DNA of 64,000 nt, from NCBI GenBank assembly GCA_951406725.2, contig OX597819.1, positions 29,512,001-29,576,000 on the forward strand, in the 5' to 3' direction. The position numbers and the translations under genes were made by a program. Source of the DNA: Octopus vulgaris (taxonomy: Eukaryota). Shown piece after piece: positions 25,776 to 39,005 of this stretch (position 1 is the stretch's first letter; each line of letters starts with the position of its first letter). Below the pieces are notes generated by a model. That model was not told where the DNA came from. It ran no database searches and worked only from the letters and a program-made list of their open reading frames with translations.

Positions 25776-26921
25776 TAATACTTTGGGCATTAAAACACCA
25801 GTCCAGAATAAAAATGAATGCTTTGCTGAGAAGGACTGATAAGACTGGAACATGTTGGAATTATCTCCTGTATTTTCAGGAATAATTAAAACAATATCAG
25901 TCATCAACTAAAATTGTATTTTCTCAACCACATAATTATTTCTGATTAAGTATTTTAATGCAGACTAATAATTTAATTTACCAATTCTGTGTGTAATAAA
26001 CTGCTCTGGCGATGAAAAAAAAAATTTAATGTCTGTCAAAGTTAAAAGATGGCTTGCTGTAATTATTGACTACAGTAACTAAATCTAATGGAATTTATAA
26101 GTTATTAAAAAAAACTGATAAACTATTAACTAGGAAATAATAATAGTATTAACTAAAACATTGTCTAGTGTACTTCAAAGAGAAATATATGAAGTTTAAA
26201 AGTATTTAGATATAAATACTCTAGCTTTGTTTCTATTCAACCAGTTACTTTCCAAAAATAAACTAAACAAAACAAAAAAAAAATAATAATAAATAAATAA
26301 TTATATTCATCAGTAAAACTTAAGTGCTTTCAAGTGAAAACTAATTCTGTTTTGCTCCTTATTTCTTCCTTTAGAAGAGAGCAGCAATTTACTGGAGAGC
26401 TCACTGATCAAGCACAAATAATGTCTTATAAACAATCCACATTTCACACTTTGATAAATAACAGTAAGCAGGATATTATTCAAAAAATATAATACCACTG
26501 TGAATTTTCATAGAAATGACCAAAAAAAAAAAAAAACAGAAGAAAAAAAATTATTTTATAATTTTTGGTAACTCATGCATTAGTTGTATTTATAAATCTA
26601 AAAGTTCAACAAAATAACATCTACATACAGTTCATATTATACAATACTATACTATACTGCATTGCCTTTTTTCCTCTTTTGTTTGTTTTCCTTTTTCCCT
26701 AATCCCAGCTGATATCAATGTAATACTAACTAAATGAGATTAATTTGTTGCAGCTGTACTATCTGTTTTTTTATTTTCTTACAGTTATTTACATGAAGGA
26801 AATTTATGGAATATTGTCGTATCCTGTGGAAATTAAAGAGACTGATATTTTGAATGCAGTTGAACTTAAAAATTTGGTTGAGGCGAAATATGAACTTAAA
26901 CATTATGTCTCTCTTTCCTTT

Positions 26922-27314
26922 TCTCTTTCACTTGTTTCAGTTATTTGACTGCAGCCATGCTGGAGCACCGCCTTTATTGTAGAGCAAATCGACCCCAGAG
27001 CTTATTCTTTGTAAGCCTAGTACTTATTCTCTCGAACCACTAAGTTACGGGGACGTAAACAGACCAGCATCGGTTGTCAAGCGATGCTAGGGGAGGGGGT
27101 CAAACAGACACACAAACACACACACACACACACATATTATATATACATATACGACGGGCTTCTTCCAGTTTCCATCTACCAAATCCACTCACAAGACTTT
27201 GGTTGTTCCAAGGCTATAGTAGGAGACACCTGCCCAAAGTGCCATGCAGTAGAACTGAACCCGGGAACATGTGGTTGGTAAGCAAGCTACTTACCACACA
27301 GCCACTCCTGCGCC
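26922..27314 (-). mobile_element. Family A SINE
   Basis: Matches 57008-57391. Confidence 0.9.
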
Positions 27315-27814
27315 TATAGTTAAAAATTTATGAGCAAATTATATTTATTAATATAAGAAAAACCATGTGAATATGAATTTTATCTTTTTTTAGTAAAGTG
27401 CATAGACTTGAGTTCAATTTCATAGCATAGCACATTGGGCAAGTGTCTTCTGTAAATAACCTCAGACCAACCAAAACTTTGTGGATGAAATGGAACTAGC
27501 AGATGGAAACAATGAAAACCTATACACTTGTGTGTGAGTGTGTGTGGTGCATGTTTGTGTTTATACACACACACACACACACACACAGATAATATATATC
27601 ATCATCATTTAACAGCCGCATGGTTAAGAAGTAGTTTGCTTCCCAACTTTGCTGTTTTGGTTTCAATCCCACTGTTCCTTTGTGAGTCACGTTGAGCAAG
27701 TATCTTCTGCTATTACCATGGGCCAACTAAAACTTTGTGGGAGGATTTTGCAGAAGGAAACTGAGAAGAAGCTTGTTATATATATATATATATATATGTA
27801 TATATAAAACAATA

Positions 27815-28075
27815 AACGTCACCCTTTTCAAGCCTAGCCAAGCTCATGGGCCCGGTTTCTGTGGCGTATGTGTTCCCCCCAGCTGGACGGGACACCAGTC
27901 CATCGCAGCATTACTCAAGAAACAGGAAGAGAGCATGAGAGAAAGTTGTGGTGAAGGAGTACAACAGGGGTCACCACCACCCCCTTCCGGAGCCTCATGG
28001 AGCTTTTAGGTATTTTTGCTCAATAAACACACATAACGCCTCGGTGTGGGAATTGAAACTGCAATCCTCCAACCG
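27815..28075 (-). mobile_element. Family C SINE (tail type 2)
   Basis: Core TTATTGAGCAAAAATACCTAAAAGCTCCATGAGGCTCCGG..CTTTCTCTC, then a GCGATGGACTGGTGTCCCGTCCAG..GAAACCGGG tail. Confidence 0.8.
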
Positions 28076-28990
28076 CACCACACACACACACACATATATA
28101 TATGTAAACATATATGTGTATATCTGTGTTTGTTTACATCTGTGCCCACTTGTTCGAATAACATGATGTTCAAGTGATATTGTTGTTGGCACTTGCCCTG
28201 TCAACAGCTTGTCCGATGGTTATCATTAAGAAAGGCATTCAGCTGTAAAACAATGCTTTAATGACATATTCATAGAGTCCATCTCACATTAGCAGAGATA
28301 TATGGACATTAAGCAAATGATACAAGTGTTTGTGCACGTGTGTAAATATGGTTAGCTTTCACATGAATCAGTAAAAGCCTTTTTAATGATTTTTATATTG
28401 GAACAAACATATTTGGCTTATCTCAGAAAGTCCAAGTATTCATCACTGAAAAGGCCTAATTAAGTTGAAACACCAGGTCTGGCGATCCCCCAACATTCTG
28501 CATAAAGCTGTATTTTTTTTTTATTCACAAGTCATCATCATTGTTTTTATTCACAAGTCATCATCATTGTTTTCATGTCTACTTTTCCAGGTTTTTCTTG
28601 AGGCATATTTCCTACAGCCAGATGCCGTTCCTGCTGCCAACCTCACCTGTTTCTAAGTAAAGTATATTTCCTCATGGCCAGACAAGTTTTCACAGAATAA
28701 TCAATATGAATAACACTGCTTGTATTATAGAGAAAGACTCATTTACAGCTATCAAGTGATGTGAAGGCAATGAGATGCAAACACACACACACTCAATCAA
28801 ATACAGAAACACACATTTAGAATAGGCTTCTTTCAGTTTCCATCGACCAAATCCTCTAACAAGGTGTCATCTAGTGTGACTGAACCCAGAACCATGTGGC
28901 TGGGAGGTAAACTTACCTACACAGTCATGCCTGTGTCTCTGATAAATTTTTCTGAGACAAAATATTTGAACTAGTGCTGTTCCACATTTG

Positions 28991-29027
<37 letters not shown>

Positions 29028-29078
29028 AAAAAAAAGGTCAAGATAGAAAATGCTAAAATAATTTTATAAAAAACATTT

Positions 29079-29114
29079 CAGTACCGGTTTCAGTCATTGA
29101 GACTTTTTCAACTG
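29079..29114 (-). ncRNA. Minimal hammerhead-like motif with UUGAAAA core variant
   Basis: CAG-TTGAAAA-AGTC tcaat GACT-GAAAC-CG-GTA-CTG. Stems I and II are perfect and stem III is the palindrome ACCGGT. Confidence 0.55.
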
Positions 29115-29962
29115 TAATTATGGAAAACAATTAAATTTTGGAAAAATTAAAAGAAAAGTTTTTTTTTTAAAAGAATATTTGCATAATATTCAAATACAAG
29201 TGACATTTTCCTTGTTTCTGCCTGTCTCTGTCTCTCTTGGTTACTCTTGTGGGTTCGAGGTCGTTGTGAATTCTTGGTAGGGAAGAAGAAGAACAATGCA
29301 AAGAAGTGCATTGTGACTAGCAGTGTAATAACAGCATCCAATAGTCTGGTTGATACAGTGTTCATATATATATATATATATATTCACACACACTTGAATT
29401 TTAATCTTATGCCATTTTAAATATTGTTTCAAAATGTTAGATACTCGATGGGAATATGGTTCTGTAGGGTGGAGTTAAAAAGGGAAAAGGGTACAGGCGT
29501 ACAGCTGCAAGTATAAGAGTATATCTGTGTTGAGAAGCAGGTATAAGGATGAGTAGTGTGTTAGCTGTGAGTGAATATGAGTGAGAGTGTGTTAGCTGTG
29601 AATAAGTGTGGAAGTATAATAGCACTGGTCAGAGTGGAAGTGAGACATTATTTTGTGTGTGTGTGTGTGTCTGTGTGTGATCATTAGGTGAGAAGTTTGA
29701 AAGTGCATGTAAGATGATGTAAGCTGATGTGAGTGTGAAGGAGTTAAAGATATTGGTAAAGCACATGGGGGGGCAAGAACAAAATGAAAAGTGTTTTTGG
29801 AATGTATAACAAAAACACACTACAGTGTGAAAATGATTATATCAGTTCTAAATTAGCTGTATCTCTTTTGAACAGGATACAATTGGCTCATCACATATCA
29901 AAATAAATAAACTGAAATGAATTTCACAAGCCAGTATGTTTTCTTAGGTTATTAGATAATAT

Positions 29963-30237
29963 GAAGGTGTGTGGCCTCGTAAAGTGTTGCACTTACGATC
30001 ACAAAATCATGGTTTCAATTCCCAGACTGGTGGTGCATAGTGTTCTTGGACAAAACACTTCATTTCATATTGCACCAGTCCACTCAGCTGTAAATGGATA
30101 ACCCTGGGAAGGACTGATGTCCCATTCAGGTTGCCTAGCAACAGAGTGGTATCATTCGAAAGCTACAACAATGGGAAGAAGTGCATTGTGACTAGCAGTG
30201 TAATAACAACATCCAGTAGTCTGGTTGATACAGTGAT
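29963..30237 (+). mobile_element. Diverged tRNA-headed SINE carrying the same tail as 8299-8586
   Basis: B-box-like GGTTTCAATTCCC, core CAAAACACTTCATTTCA, tail GCATTGTGACTAGC..CTGGTTG. Confidence 0.7.
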
Positions 30238-30528
30238 TAGAATCTACTCAAAGAGTCCAAACCAAAACCAGTCAATCATCATCATCATCATTTAGCGTCT
30301 GCATTCCATGCCGGCATGGGTTAGACAAGTTAGTTTATTTGGCAAAATATCATGATATTAATTGAACAGAAATATAATATATATATTACTAGAGCAACAC
30401 TTAATGATAATTACTATAAAAAATCTTATAATTGTCTAATCAAAGTCTTGTGTTAATATGATATTAGGGGCTAATAAAACTGAAATAGCAGAAGCTAAAT
30501 ATTCTAATCATAAAAAAATATTGTTTAA

Positions 30529-31106
30529 CCCTTTAGTGTTCAGATCAGTCTGTTAAATGTAATGTTTACCTGTTACCTCTGCCTTCTCTAAGGCAGAGGT
30601 ATTGTTTGCAGTTGTGTTTGTTTGTTTGTCTGTGGACAAGATATCTCAAGAACCGCTGGATGGATTTGGATGAAACTTTCAAGGATGTTTGGCTTCGTGA
30701 CTGGCACAAACTGATAAGATTTTGGGATTGATCTGGTATTGGACAAGGATTCTGGATTGTTTTACCTGTTTTTTTTAGTTAAATTTGAGAGTGGTCGGTT
30801 TCATTTTTAGTATTCTCATTTGTGAAAGCAGTCAAGTTTATTTCAGATATTCTCATTTTAAAAATCACCTCTGGCTAATTGTTGAGAGGACGTTGGTGTT
30901 GCCTTGGCGGAGGTTTATGCTCTCTGAGTTCATATTGTTTTGTATTAATCGTGCATTGTCTCACAGCTTTGAGGTTTCAACGAGGTGATTGTTTAATTTT
31001 AAAATGACATTGTAGGGAAGGTGTGAGAGGCTACAGGTGGCTAGTTTGAATGTCAAAACAGGTAGAACATTAAGGCCAGATATGGCTAGTTTCAATGCTA
31101 AAGGGG
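30529..31106 (-). mobile_element. piggyBac-like MITE containing a nested Helentron/DINE-1-like (HINE) element at about 30573-30929
   Basis: Outer ends TTAA|CCCTTTAG..CTAAAGGGG|TTAA. The inner element has a 5' hairpin ACCTCTGCCTT/AAGGCAGAGGT, a (GTTT)n tract, a subterminal inverted GGCGGAGGT, and a TT target. Confidence 0.7.
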
Positions 31107-32100
31107 TTAAGTTCAATTTTTTTATATTTCCGTCCACAACATTTCTCTAAGCCTTGCTATTAGCTTAATTGCAGTATATAATCAACAGTTATCATTTAAA
31201 CAAAATAATTTTTAGATCTTTAAGACTATATAGGTATGAATATGCACTATCTGAGTGTGTTTGTATGTCTTTTTCTATCTGCCTTATATCTATCAATAGA
31301 CATATCTACACCTATGTTGCTACCTCTGCATATCTGCTTCTCTTCCTCTGCCAATCTGTCTCTCTACTTCTACCTACCTCTTCCTATCTCCCTCTCTATC
31401 TCTGCCCGTTTACCTCTCTACCTCTACCTATATAATCACATACCTATTTCTTTACTACCCACAAGGGGCTATACACAGAGGGAACAAACAAGGACAGACA
31501 AACGGATTAAGTCGATTACATCGACCCCAGTGTGTAACCGGTACTTATTAAATCGACCCCCAAAAGGATGAAAGGCAAAGTGGACCTCGGCAGAATTTGA
31601 ACTCGGAACATAGCGACAGACGAAATACTGTCTACTGTACTAATGTTTTTGCATATACCAACACACAACTCGTCATGTATAGAAATTGATTGTTTATGGT
31701 TTATTATTATTAGAAAGCATCTGGAATATATTAAAGAGATTATACTAACATAAGGACTATAATTTCAGAAATCTTTTCTTCCTAGACATAAGTCTCAAGC
31801 TAATTAGAAAGTAAAAATTAGGCTAATCCTAAGTATAATCTACAAGGTAAAACCTTTCAGTACTAATACTTCATTTGGCAAAATATCATGATATTAATTA
31901 AACAAGAATAAAAAAAAATTACTTTACTAGAGTAACATTTAATAATACTTGCTATAAAAAATCTTATAATTGTCTAATCAAAGTCATGTATTAATATGAT
32001 AAATATTAGGGACTAATAAAAACGATGTAGCATGCAGAATGGAATGGCACATGCTAAATGTTCTAATTGTATACATAACTGTAATTTTGTGCAATAAAAG

Positions 32101-32146
<46 letters not shown>

Positions 32147-33697
32147 GGCAGTTGATAATAAATAATATAGGAAAAGTGATATACACTGAGATAAGATAAA
32201 AGCTTATTAGTAACACATCACAAATATATGTGTTTGGTATTTTTTATGCACTAATGTCTAAGATATTTTGTGTGATAAAATAGCTTTGTTTTGTTTTGTT
32301 TTGTTTTGTTTTTTCCAAATACACCATGTAATTTGTAATGATAATGTTATATCTCAATCGGGGAAAAGTCAAATATTAGCCTGGATCCTTAATAGTTTAG
32401 ATTTGAGAAGATGCAAACTGGAAATCAATAGTGAAGTCAATTATAGGAAAGCAGAATGTATGTAATAGAATCTTTATTAAAAGTGACAAGGAGAAGCTTT
32501 AATTGTATAATGGTAGTCATGCAGAGAACAAACTATTTAAGAGTTCAATAGACACCTTGATGTAAAAGAATCTCTATAGAACATAAAGTATTCTGATTGT
32601 GTGGAAATGTAGTATCAATATGAATCAATTAGCTGCAATGTAAGTTCATTTTCTCAATAGCACATCCATACAATGGGAAATGTGATAAAAGACAATCAAA
32701 TATGATAAGATAGAATTTTATCAACTAGGAAAATATTTTTATCCTCCTGCAACATACAATGCCTAAACATGCATACATTTAAACATACACCAAATACGCC
32801 AGTCCCTTCAGATTCACATACAACGTTCTATATAAAATATTGATCAGCAATTTTGAGAAAATTTTGCTTCCATCACAATAATTAATGATGCAGAAAAGTT
32901 AAACAAAACAACTTGTAGCCAGTTGTTCAATGCTCTTGGCAATAAAAGATAGGGAAAGATTTAAAACACAAATCTTCAATGAACTGTTAAAATAGAATTT
33001 AAAGTTTGACAAATTGTTCTTAAGGAATGTTTTGTTTATCCATTTTTGTTACATTTTCGTTCACATGTTTTATAATAAGTAGAAAATGTAAGAATCAAAA
33101 CTTTTAATGAATGCTATTTTTATTGCTAAATAGAATATGTTTCAAAAATAGCTTCTTGTTTATATATATTTTCTTTCCATTTAAAAATACAATGTATTTA
33201 ATATGGAATTTTTGCTTGTTAAATCTGCCTTTCGAGTAACTAAAAGCAAAATAATGCCAACATTATCAGGTTTATGAATTTTTACTTGGAATAAATAGAT
33301 AAAAAGAGATTAAAATGTATAACATAAAACACTGATTTTGTGAAGTTTATCTGCTAGCTCATCTACTTCATATCTAATGGTTATTGCTAGAATATTGGAA
33401 AATAATGCTTCAATGAAACCATTAATACAAAAATAAATAAAATAAATTGAACTAATGAAAGGCAGAAAATTATTCAGTAAAAAAACCTGAGAGATATTGT
33501 ATCAATCTACTTCTATAAATAACCATATAAAAATATGTTTAATGTAGTAAGCCAAAAATATTTTGAAGCCAACTTAAATTAAACCTGTAATGAGAAGAAA
33601 ATCATCAGTGTTCACAATACTATATTAACTTATTCTTAACATGTTCTTCATGCAGAAGGCACTCTGAGCAAATTTTTCAGCATCACTTATATAAATA

Positions 33698-33918
33698 AAG
33701 CAGTGAGCTGGCAGAATCATTAGCACACCAGGTAAAATGTTAAACAGTATTTTGTCCATCTTTACATTCTGAGTTCAAAATTTCTGTCAAGGGCAATTTT
33801 GCCTTTCATCCATCCAGACTCGATAAAATACCATTCAAGTAATGGTGAGGGATCAATGTAATCAACTATCCCCCTTCACCCAAAATTTCAGCCCTTGTGC
33901 CTATAGTAGAAAGGATTC
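33698..33918 (+). mobile_element. Family B SINE, diverged
   Basis: Matches the family B head and core. Confidence 0.8.
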
Positions 33919-33996
33919 TTTATATAAATAACAAAAATGTTCATGTTCTGAAAAATATCTGAATTATTTATAAGCTTGAGGGCAAGATGAGTCTGT

Positions 33997-34297
33997 GGAG
34001 GTACATGGCCAAGTGGTTAGAGTAGCAGACTCACGGTCGAGGGATCGCGGGTTCGAATCTCAGACCGGGCGATGTGTGTGTTTATGAGCGAAACACCTAA
34101 GCTCCATGCGGCTCCGGCAGAAGGTAATGGCGAAACTTCTGCTGACTCTTTTGCCACAACTTTCTCTCACTCTTTCCTCCTGCATCTTGCAGCTCACCTG
34201 CAATGGACCGGCATCTTGTCCAGGTGGGAAACCTATACGCCAAGAAACCGGGAAACCGGCCCTTATGAACCAGGCATGGCTTGAGAAGGAACAAACA
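33997..34297 (+). mobile_element. Family C SINE (tail type 2 variant)
   Basis: A-box TGGCCAAGTGGTTAG, B-box GGTTCGAATC, and the shared core. Confidence 0.85.
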
Positions 34298-35874
34298 AGG
34301 TGAACCTAGAGCAAGGTGAAGTTTGGGGTAGCTAGGTTGACCAAGACTAATGCTTGATTCTATTTGGAACTAAATCTTTTTACTAGATATATTTCATAAA
34401 CCCACCCAAATAGATGTGGCAGAATTTTTCCAAACCAGTTTTGCTCTCAACACTAAGTGTAATACTACACTATGCCAATAGAACAGCTGTTTGTTATACA
34501 CTATCTACTTTACCTGCAGTAGTGAATTGGAATTAGTTTATTTAATGGCAAGTTTTGTAGGTTGTTGGTCATTTTAGAAGCAACAGATACATCATTTCTA
34601 CAAATTAATACCAGACATTTTTTTTTTAATTGGCGACCCTACTCTCATGATCCTTCTAAAAAGACAAATATGTACTGACAAAGAAAACAAAGAGCATTTA
34701 CTTCATAAAGTTTCCTAAGTTTTAAAACTATGTTCAATATAATTCCTGTAAAGAAAAAGCAAAAGACAAAAATGGAAGAATCTCTTTTCTGCCTTGAGTC
34801 TACAGGCTCATGAGACTAAAGCTTATCTGAATTGACCAGGAGTACAAGGCTTCATTCACCTGAATGAAATGCCAGTCTGTTACAAGGACACCAGTCTGAC
34901 ACTGGTACTCATTTTCAGAAGAGTGGATTGGAACAATATGAAATGAAGCATTTTGCTCAAGGGCCGCTTAATCTGAGAACTGAACCCAAGTTATGACTAT
35001 TGCAAGTGCAACATTTTAACAACTAGGCTTCAAACCTTCATAAAACTTTGTTAGCGTGACAGAAGTAACCTCTTTCACAAATATGCCCCACCCACAAGAA
35101 ACAAGTTTTTGATATACTAAAAATAGATTGCTGTCATTTTTAAACACAGACTTTTTAAAATCCTTCTCTAAATGAAAGAGTGCTATAGTCACTAACCTAG
35201 CATTGGTTTATTATTGTTTATTAATAGACTATGGTAAATAAAAGATAAAGAAGAGCCTGACATAAAATGTGAACCAGAGAAGGCTTGTGGCCTAATGGTA
35301 AGGATGTTGCACTCACAATCACTTGATTGTAGGTTCACTTCCAAAACCAGGTGGTGTGTCGTGTTGTGATGTGTTTTTGAACGAAACACTTCATTTCACA
35401 TTGCTTTAGCACTGTGAGGGGTACCAGCATGTCAAACAACAGAACCAATGTTTCTTCAGCATACCATAATAGATGACCAAGAGATTGAGATAGAATAGCA
35501 GTTTGGTAAAAGAGACTGATAGAATAAGTACTTGGCTTCAAGGGAAAAAAAAAAAGTAGCAGGGCTGATCTGTTTGACAAAAATCATTCAAAGTAGTGTT
35601 CCAGCATGGCCACCGTTTCATGACTGAAACAAGTAAAAAAATTCAACTGCTGCAGCAATGGGAATTTAAAAAAAAAAAAAAAAAAAACAGAGCCGATGTA
35701 TGACAACCAAAATATAGTACATAATTTCACATTAAAATATTATAAACTGTCAAGTATATAAAGAAAAACACTTATAAGTAAACAAAAATAACAGCACCAA
35801 TAATAAAAAAGTTGTCAATAAATATTATATGCATACATAAAAATACAACACATTTACACAAATACATAGATACA

Positions 35875-36158
35875 TGTATGTATGTATGTATGTGTGTGTG
35901 TATGTATGTATGTGTGTATGTATGTATGTGTGTATGTATGTATGTGTGTATGTATGTATGTGTGTATGTATGTATGTGTGTATGTATGTATGTGTGTATG
36001 TGTGTATGTGTGTATGTACGTATGTGTGTATGTACGTATGTGTGTGTATGTATGTGTGTATGTATGCGTGTGTGTGTATGTATGTATGTATGTATGTATG
36101 TACGTATGTGTGTGTATGTATGTGTGTGTGTATGTGTGTATGTATGTATGTGTGTGTA

Positions 36159-36195
<37 letters not shown>
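35875..36195. repeat. Compound (TATG)n/(TG)n microsatellite
   Basis: Directly visible. Source of four spurious ORFs. Confidence 0.95.
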
Positions 36196-36197
<2 letters not shown>

Positions 36198-36225
36198 GGA
36201 TGTTGCACTCACAATCACTTGTATG

Positions 36226-36547
36226 GCACCTTGGGCAAGAAACTTCTACTGTAGCCTCAGGCTGACCAAAGTCTTGCGAGTGGATTTGGTAGACAGAAAC
36301 TGAAAGAAGCCTGTCATAGATACATACGTGTGTGTGTGTGTGTGTGTCTTTGTGTGTGCGTTTGTCCCCCCATCACCACTTGACAACCAGTGTCAGTGTG
36401 TTTACAGCTCCCGTAACTAACCAGTTCAGCAAAAGAGACTGATAGAATAAGCACTAGGCTTAAGAAATAAGTCCTGGGGTCTATTTGTTCAACTAGAGCC
36501 CTTCAAGGCGGTGCTCCAGCATGGCTGCAACTATATGACTGAAACAA
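36226..36547 (+). mobile_element. Family A SINE, head degraded
   Basis: Matches the body of 57008-57391. Confidence 0.85.
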
Positions 36548-36571
36548 AAAAAAGAACACACACACAAACAC

Positions 36572-36992
36572 GGATCTTTTCGGTTTGAACGGCAGTTTTT
36601 TCTAGCGGTGTCATATGAAATTGTCACCCATAATTATGACCCTAGTATCGACCTATTGTATTTCAATCTGTTTTAGGGTTAGGGGTGGGGGTGGGGGGAA
36701 GAGTATCTTTTTTTCTTCACAAATGTAAATAAACCCAATCTGTTTCTTAAACGAGAGACATATTCATACGGCACAGAATCTTTTTCTTTTTACCTCAATA
36801 GACGTCAGTGATTGGTTGAAATTGCAGAAATTGAAGGAATAAACAACAAATATCTTACAAACTATAGAATTTTATCAATAAAGCCAAGAGAAAAAGATAT
36901 TTTATAAACACATTCTACTAGTATACGAAGTTTAGAATTTTTTAGTTACCTACAAATTATGTTACAAACTGCCGTTCAAACGGAAAAGATCC
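36572..36992. mobile_element. Second copy of the Merlin-like MITE, 9-bp TSD
   Basis: Same TIRs and body as 14645-15060. CACAAACAC at 36563-36571 and 36993-37001. Confidence 0.9.
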
Positions 36993-37604
36993 CACAAACA
37001 CAAAGCATAGCTGCATAATTAGGAAGTTTATTACTCAACCACATCACTCCCACTCATAGATTGTTGGTCTATCCATAACCTACAGCTGGCCAATAAGCTT
37101 GTGAGTTGAAATTTTCTAACCGGAAAACTATGCAGAAGTCTTTGTATTTGACATAAAGAGATGAAAATACAAAAACACCCACAGGTGTGTGTGTGTGTGT
37201 GTATGTGTGTGTCAAATTACCTCTCTATGAAATTAACGACAAAAGAAGAAAACAAGACAAAAATACACAACCCAGACTGAATTAAGTCTTAAGATCAAAA
37301 TAAAGATTAAAAGCTTCGAAGGGAGTGCCACAGCACTGCTACAGTCTTATAGCTGTATCCATTAAAGGAAACAAACGTTTTTTTTTTTTTTTTTTTTTTA
37401 GTCATTGATCTGCGGCCATGCTGGGGCACTACTTTGAAAGATCTTAGTCAAACATATAGACCCAAGAACAGGGTTTTTTTTTCTTTTAGAGTCTGACATT
37501 AATCAAATCACAGTGTTATGGGAACATAAACAAACCAACACTGACTGTCAAGTGGTGGGAGGGGACAAGTACATTCACAAAGACACACACAACACACAAG
37601 CACA

Positions 37605-37637
<33 letters not shown>

Positions 37638-37814
37638 ATGGCTTCTACACAGTTTCTGCTTACCAAATTCACCCACAAAGCATTAATTATCCCAGGACGC
37701 TGCACCGTAGGACTGAACATGTTTCTGCAAAGCGAACATCATTACCACGCAATCATGCTTGTGCCTATTTTATTTATCTGTCAATTTAGATAATTATTTA
37801 TTTTTATTCAGTTA

Positions 37815-38801
37815 TTTGTTTCAGACTGTGGCCATGCTGGAACATCACCTTAAAGAGTTTTTAGCCACAGAAAAAAAAACACCAGGACTTATTTTATCGG
37901 TCTCTTTTGCTGAACTACTAAGTTACAGGGATGTAAACACAACAACACCAATTGTCAAGCAATGGTTGGGGGAAAAACACAGACACAAAGACACACACAT
38001 AAATACATATATATGTCTATATATCTATTATATAAAATCCGTTCTGTCTGTGTGTGTGTCTTCTAGGATCTCGGGCATCCTCCATCCGATTGCGCCCAAA
38101 TTTGATATGTGGATACCAACAGTATCAGGGCATGTATAAGTCTTAAAAAAATTACAAAAATTACAAAGAATGCGCATTTGTACATGCAAATACATCAGCT
38201 GTTGCCACTAGCCTTTCCTTGCCCTTGAACATTCCGTAAAGTAAGTTAGCTTAAAATTAGTTACTTAGTTCCCCAAGTTGTTGCTTTTCATCAAAAATCA
38301 CCCCAAGTTGATTTCCTACATGTTTTATCAGATAAACTTATTATTGTCCTAGGTACATTCTCATAAATTCATCATGCTTTTCCATCTAGATTTACCTCCT
38401 GCAAACCCATTTGCATGCATTGTTTTTGTCCTGCTTTTCTTCTGTCACCCTGTACTTAACTGCACCTTCCATTTTTTGCTGTTTTTGTACTGCTTAAAGG
38501 CACGTTTCTTTCCTGCCAAGCTTACTGTTTAAATCATGTTTGTGTTCTCCCAGTCAACAGCCTTATCATTACTGGTACTTTAAACTCTTCGGTTGCATAT
38601 TTGTGTGAATAAAATCGTTTTTCTTTGGAATAGAAAAAAGTCTATCTTTGTTTCTTCTTTTGCTGGTGTCTGAAATTTAGGTTAAATCAGTGTTTCTTAA
38701 AGGGGAGACCTATGGAACAGTCGGACAAGTTGTTTTGAGAAAATTTGGTTTAAATGTTTAACAACTCAGTACCGTCCATTGGACAGGGGGCATTTTGCTC
38801 G

Positions 38802-38836
<35 letters not shown>

Positions 38837-39005
38837 ACACACATGACTGGCTTCTTTAAGTTTCCATCTACCAAATCCACTCACAAGGCTTTGGTTGACC
38901 CAAGACTAGAGTAGAAGATATTTGCCCAAGGTGTCATGCAGTGGGACTGAACCCAGAACCATGTGGTTGGGAAGCAAGCTTCTTACCACAAAACCACGCC
39001 TGCAC
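37815..39005 (-). mobile_element. Family A SINE split by a Helitron-like insertion (about 38024-38801, +)
   Basis: SINE halves at 37815-38010 and 38840-39005. The insert starts TCTATTATATAAAA and ends with hairpin GTCCA-T-TGGAC then CTCG|T, inside the SINE's TA/CA tract. Confidence 0.7.

Noticed and set aside
26375-26463. Plus-strand exon-like segment (strong pyrimidine tract, ACA|GTAAGC)
   Set aside because: Isolated, with no homology and no compatible partner exons found. It cannot be excluded without RNA data.
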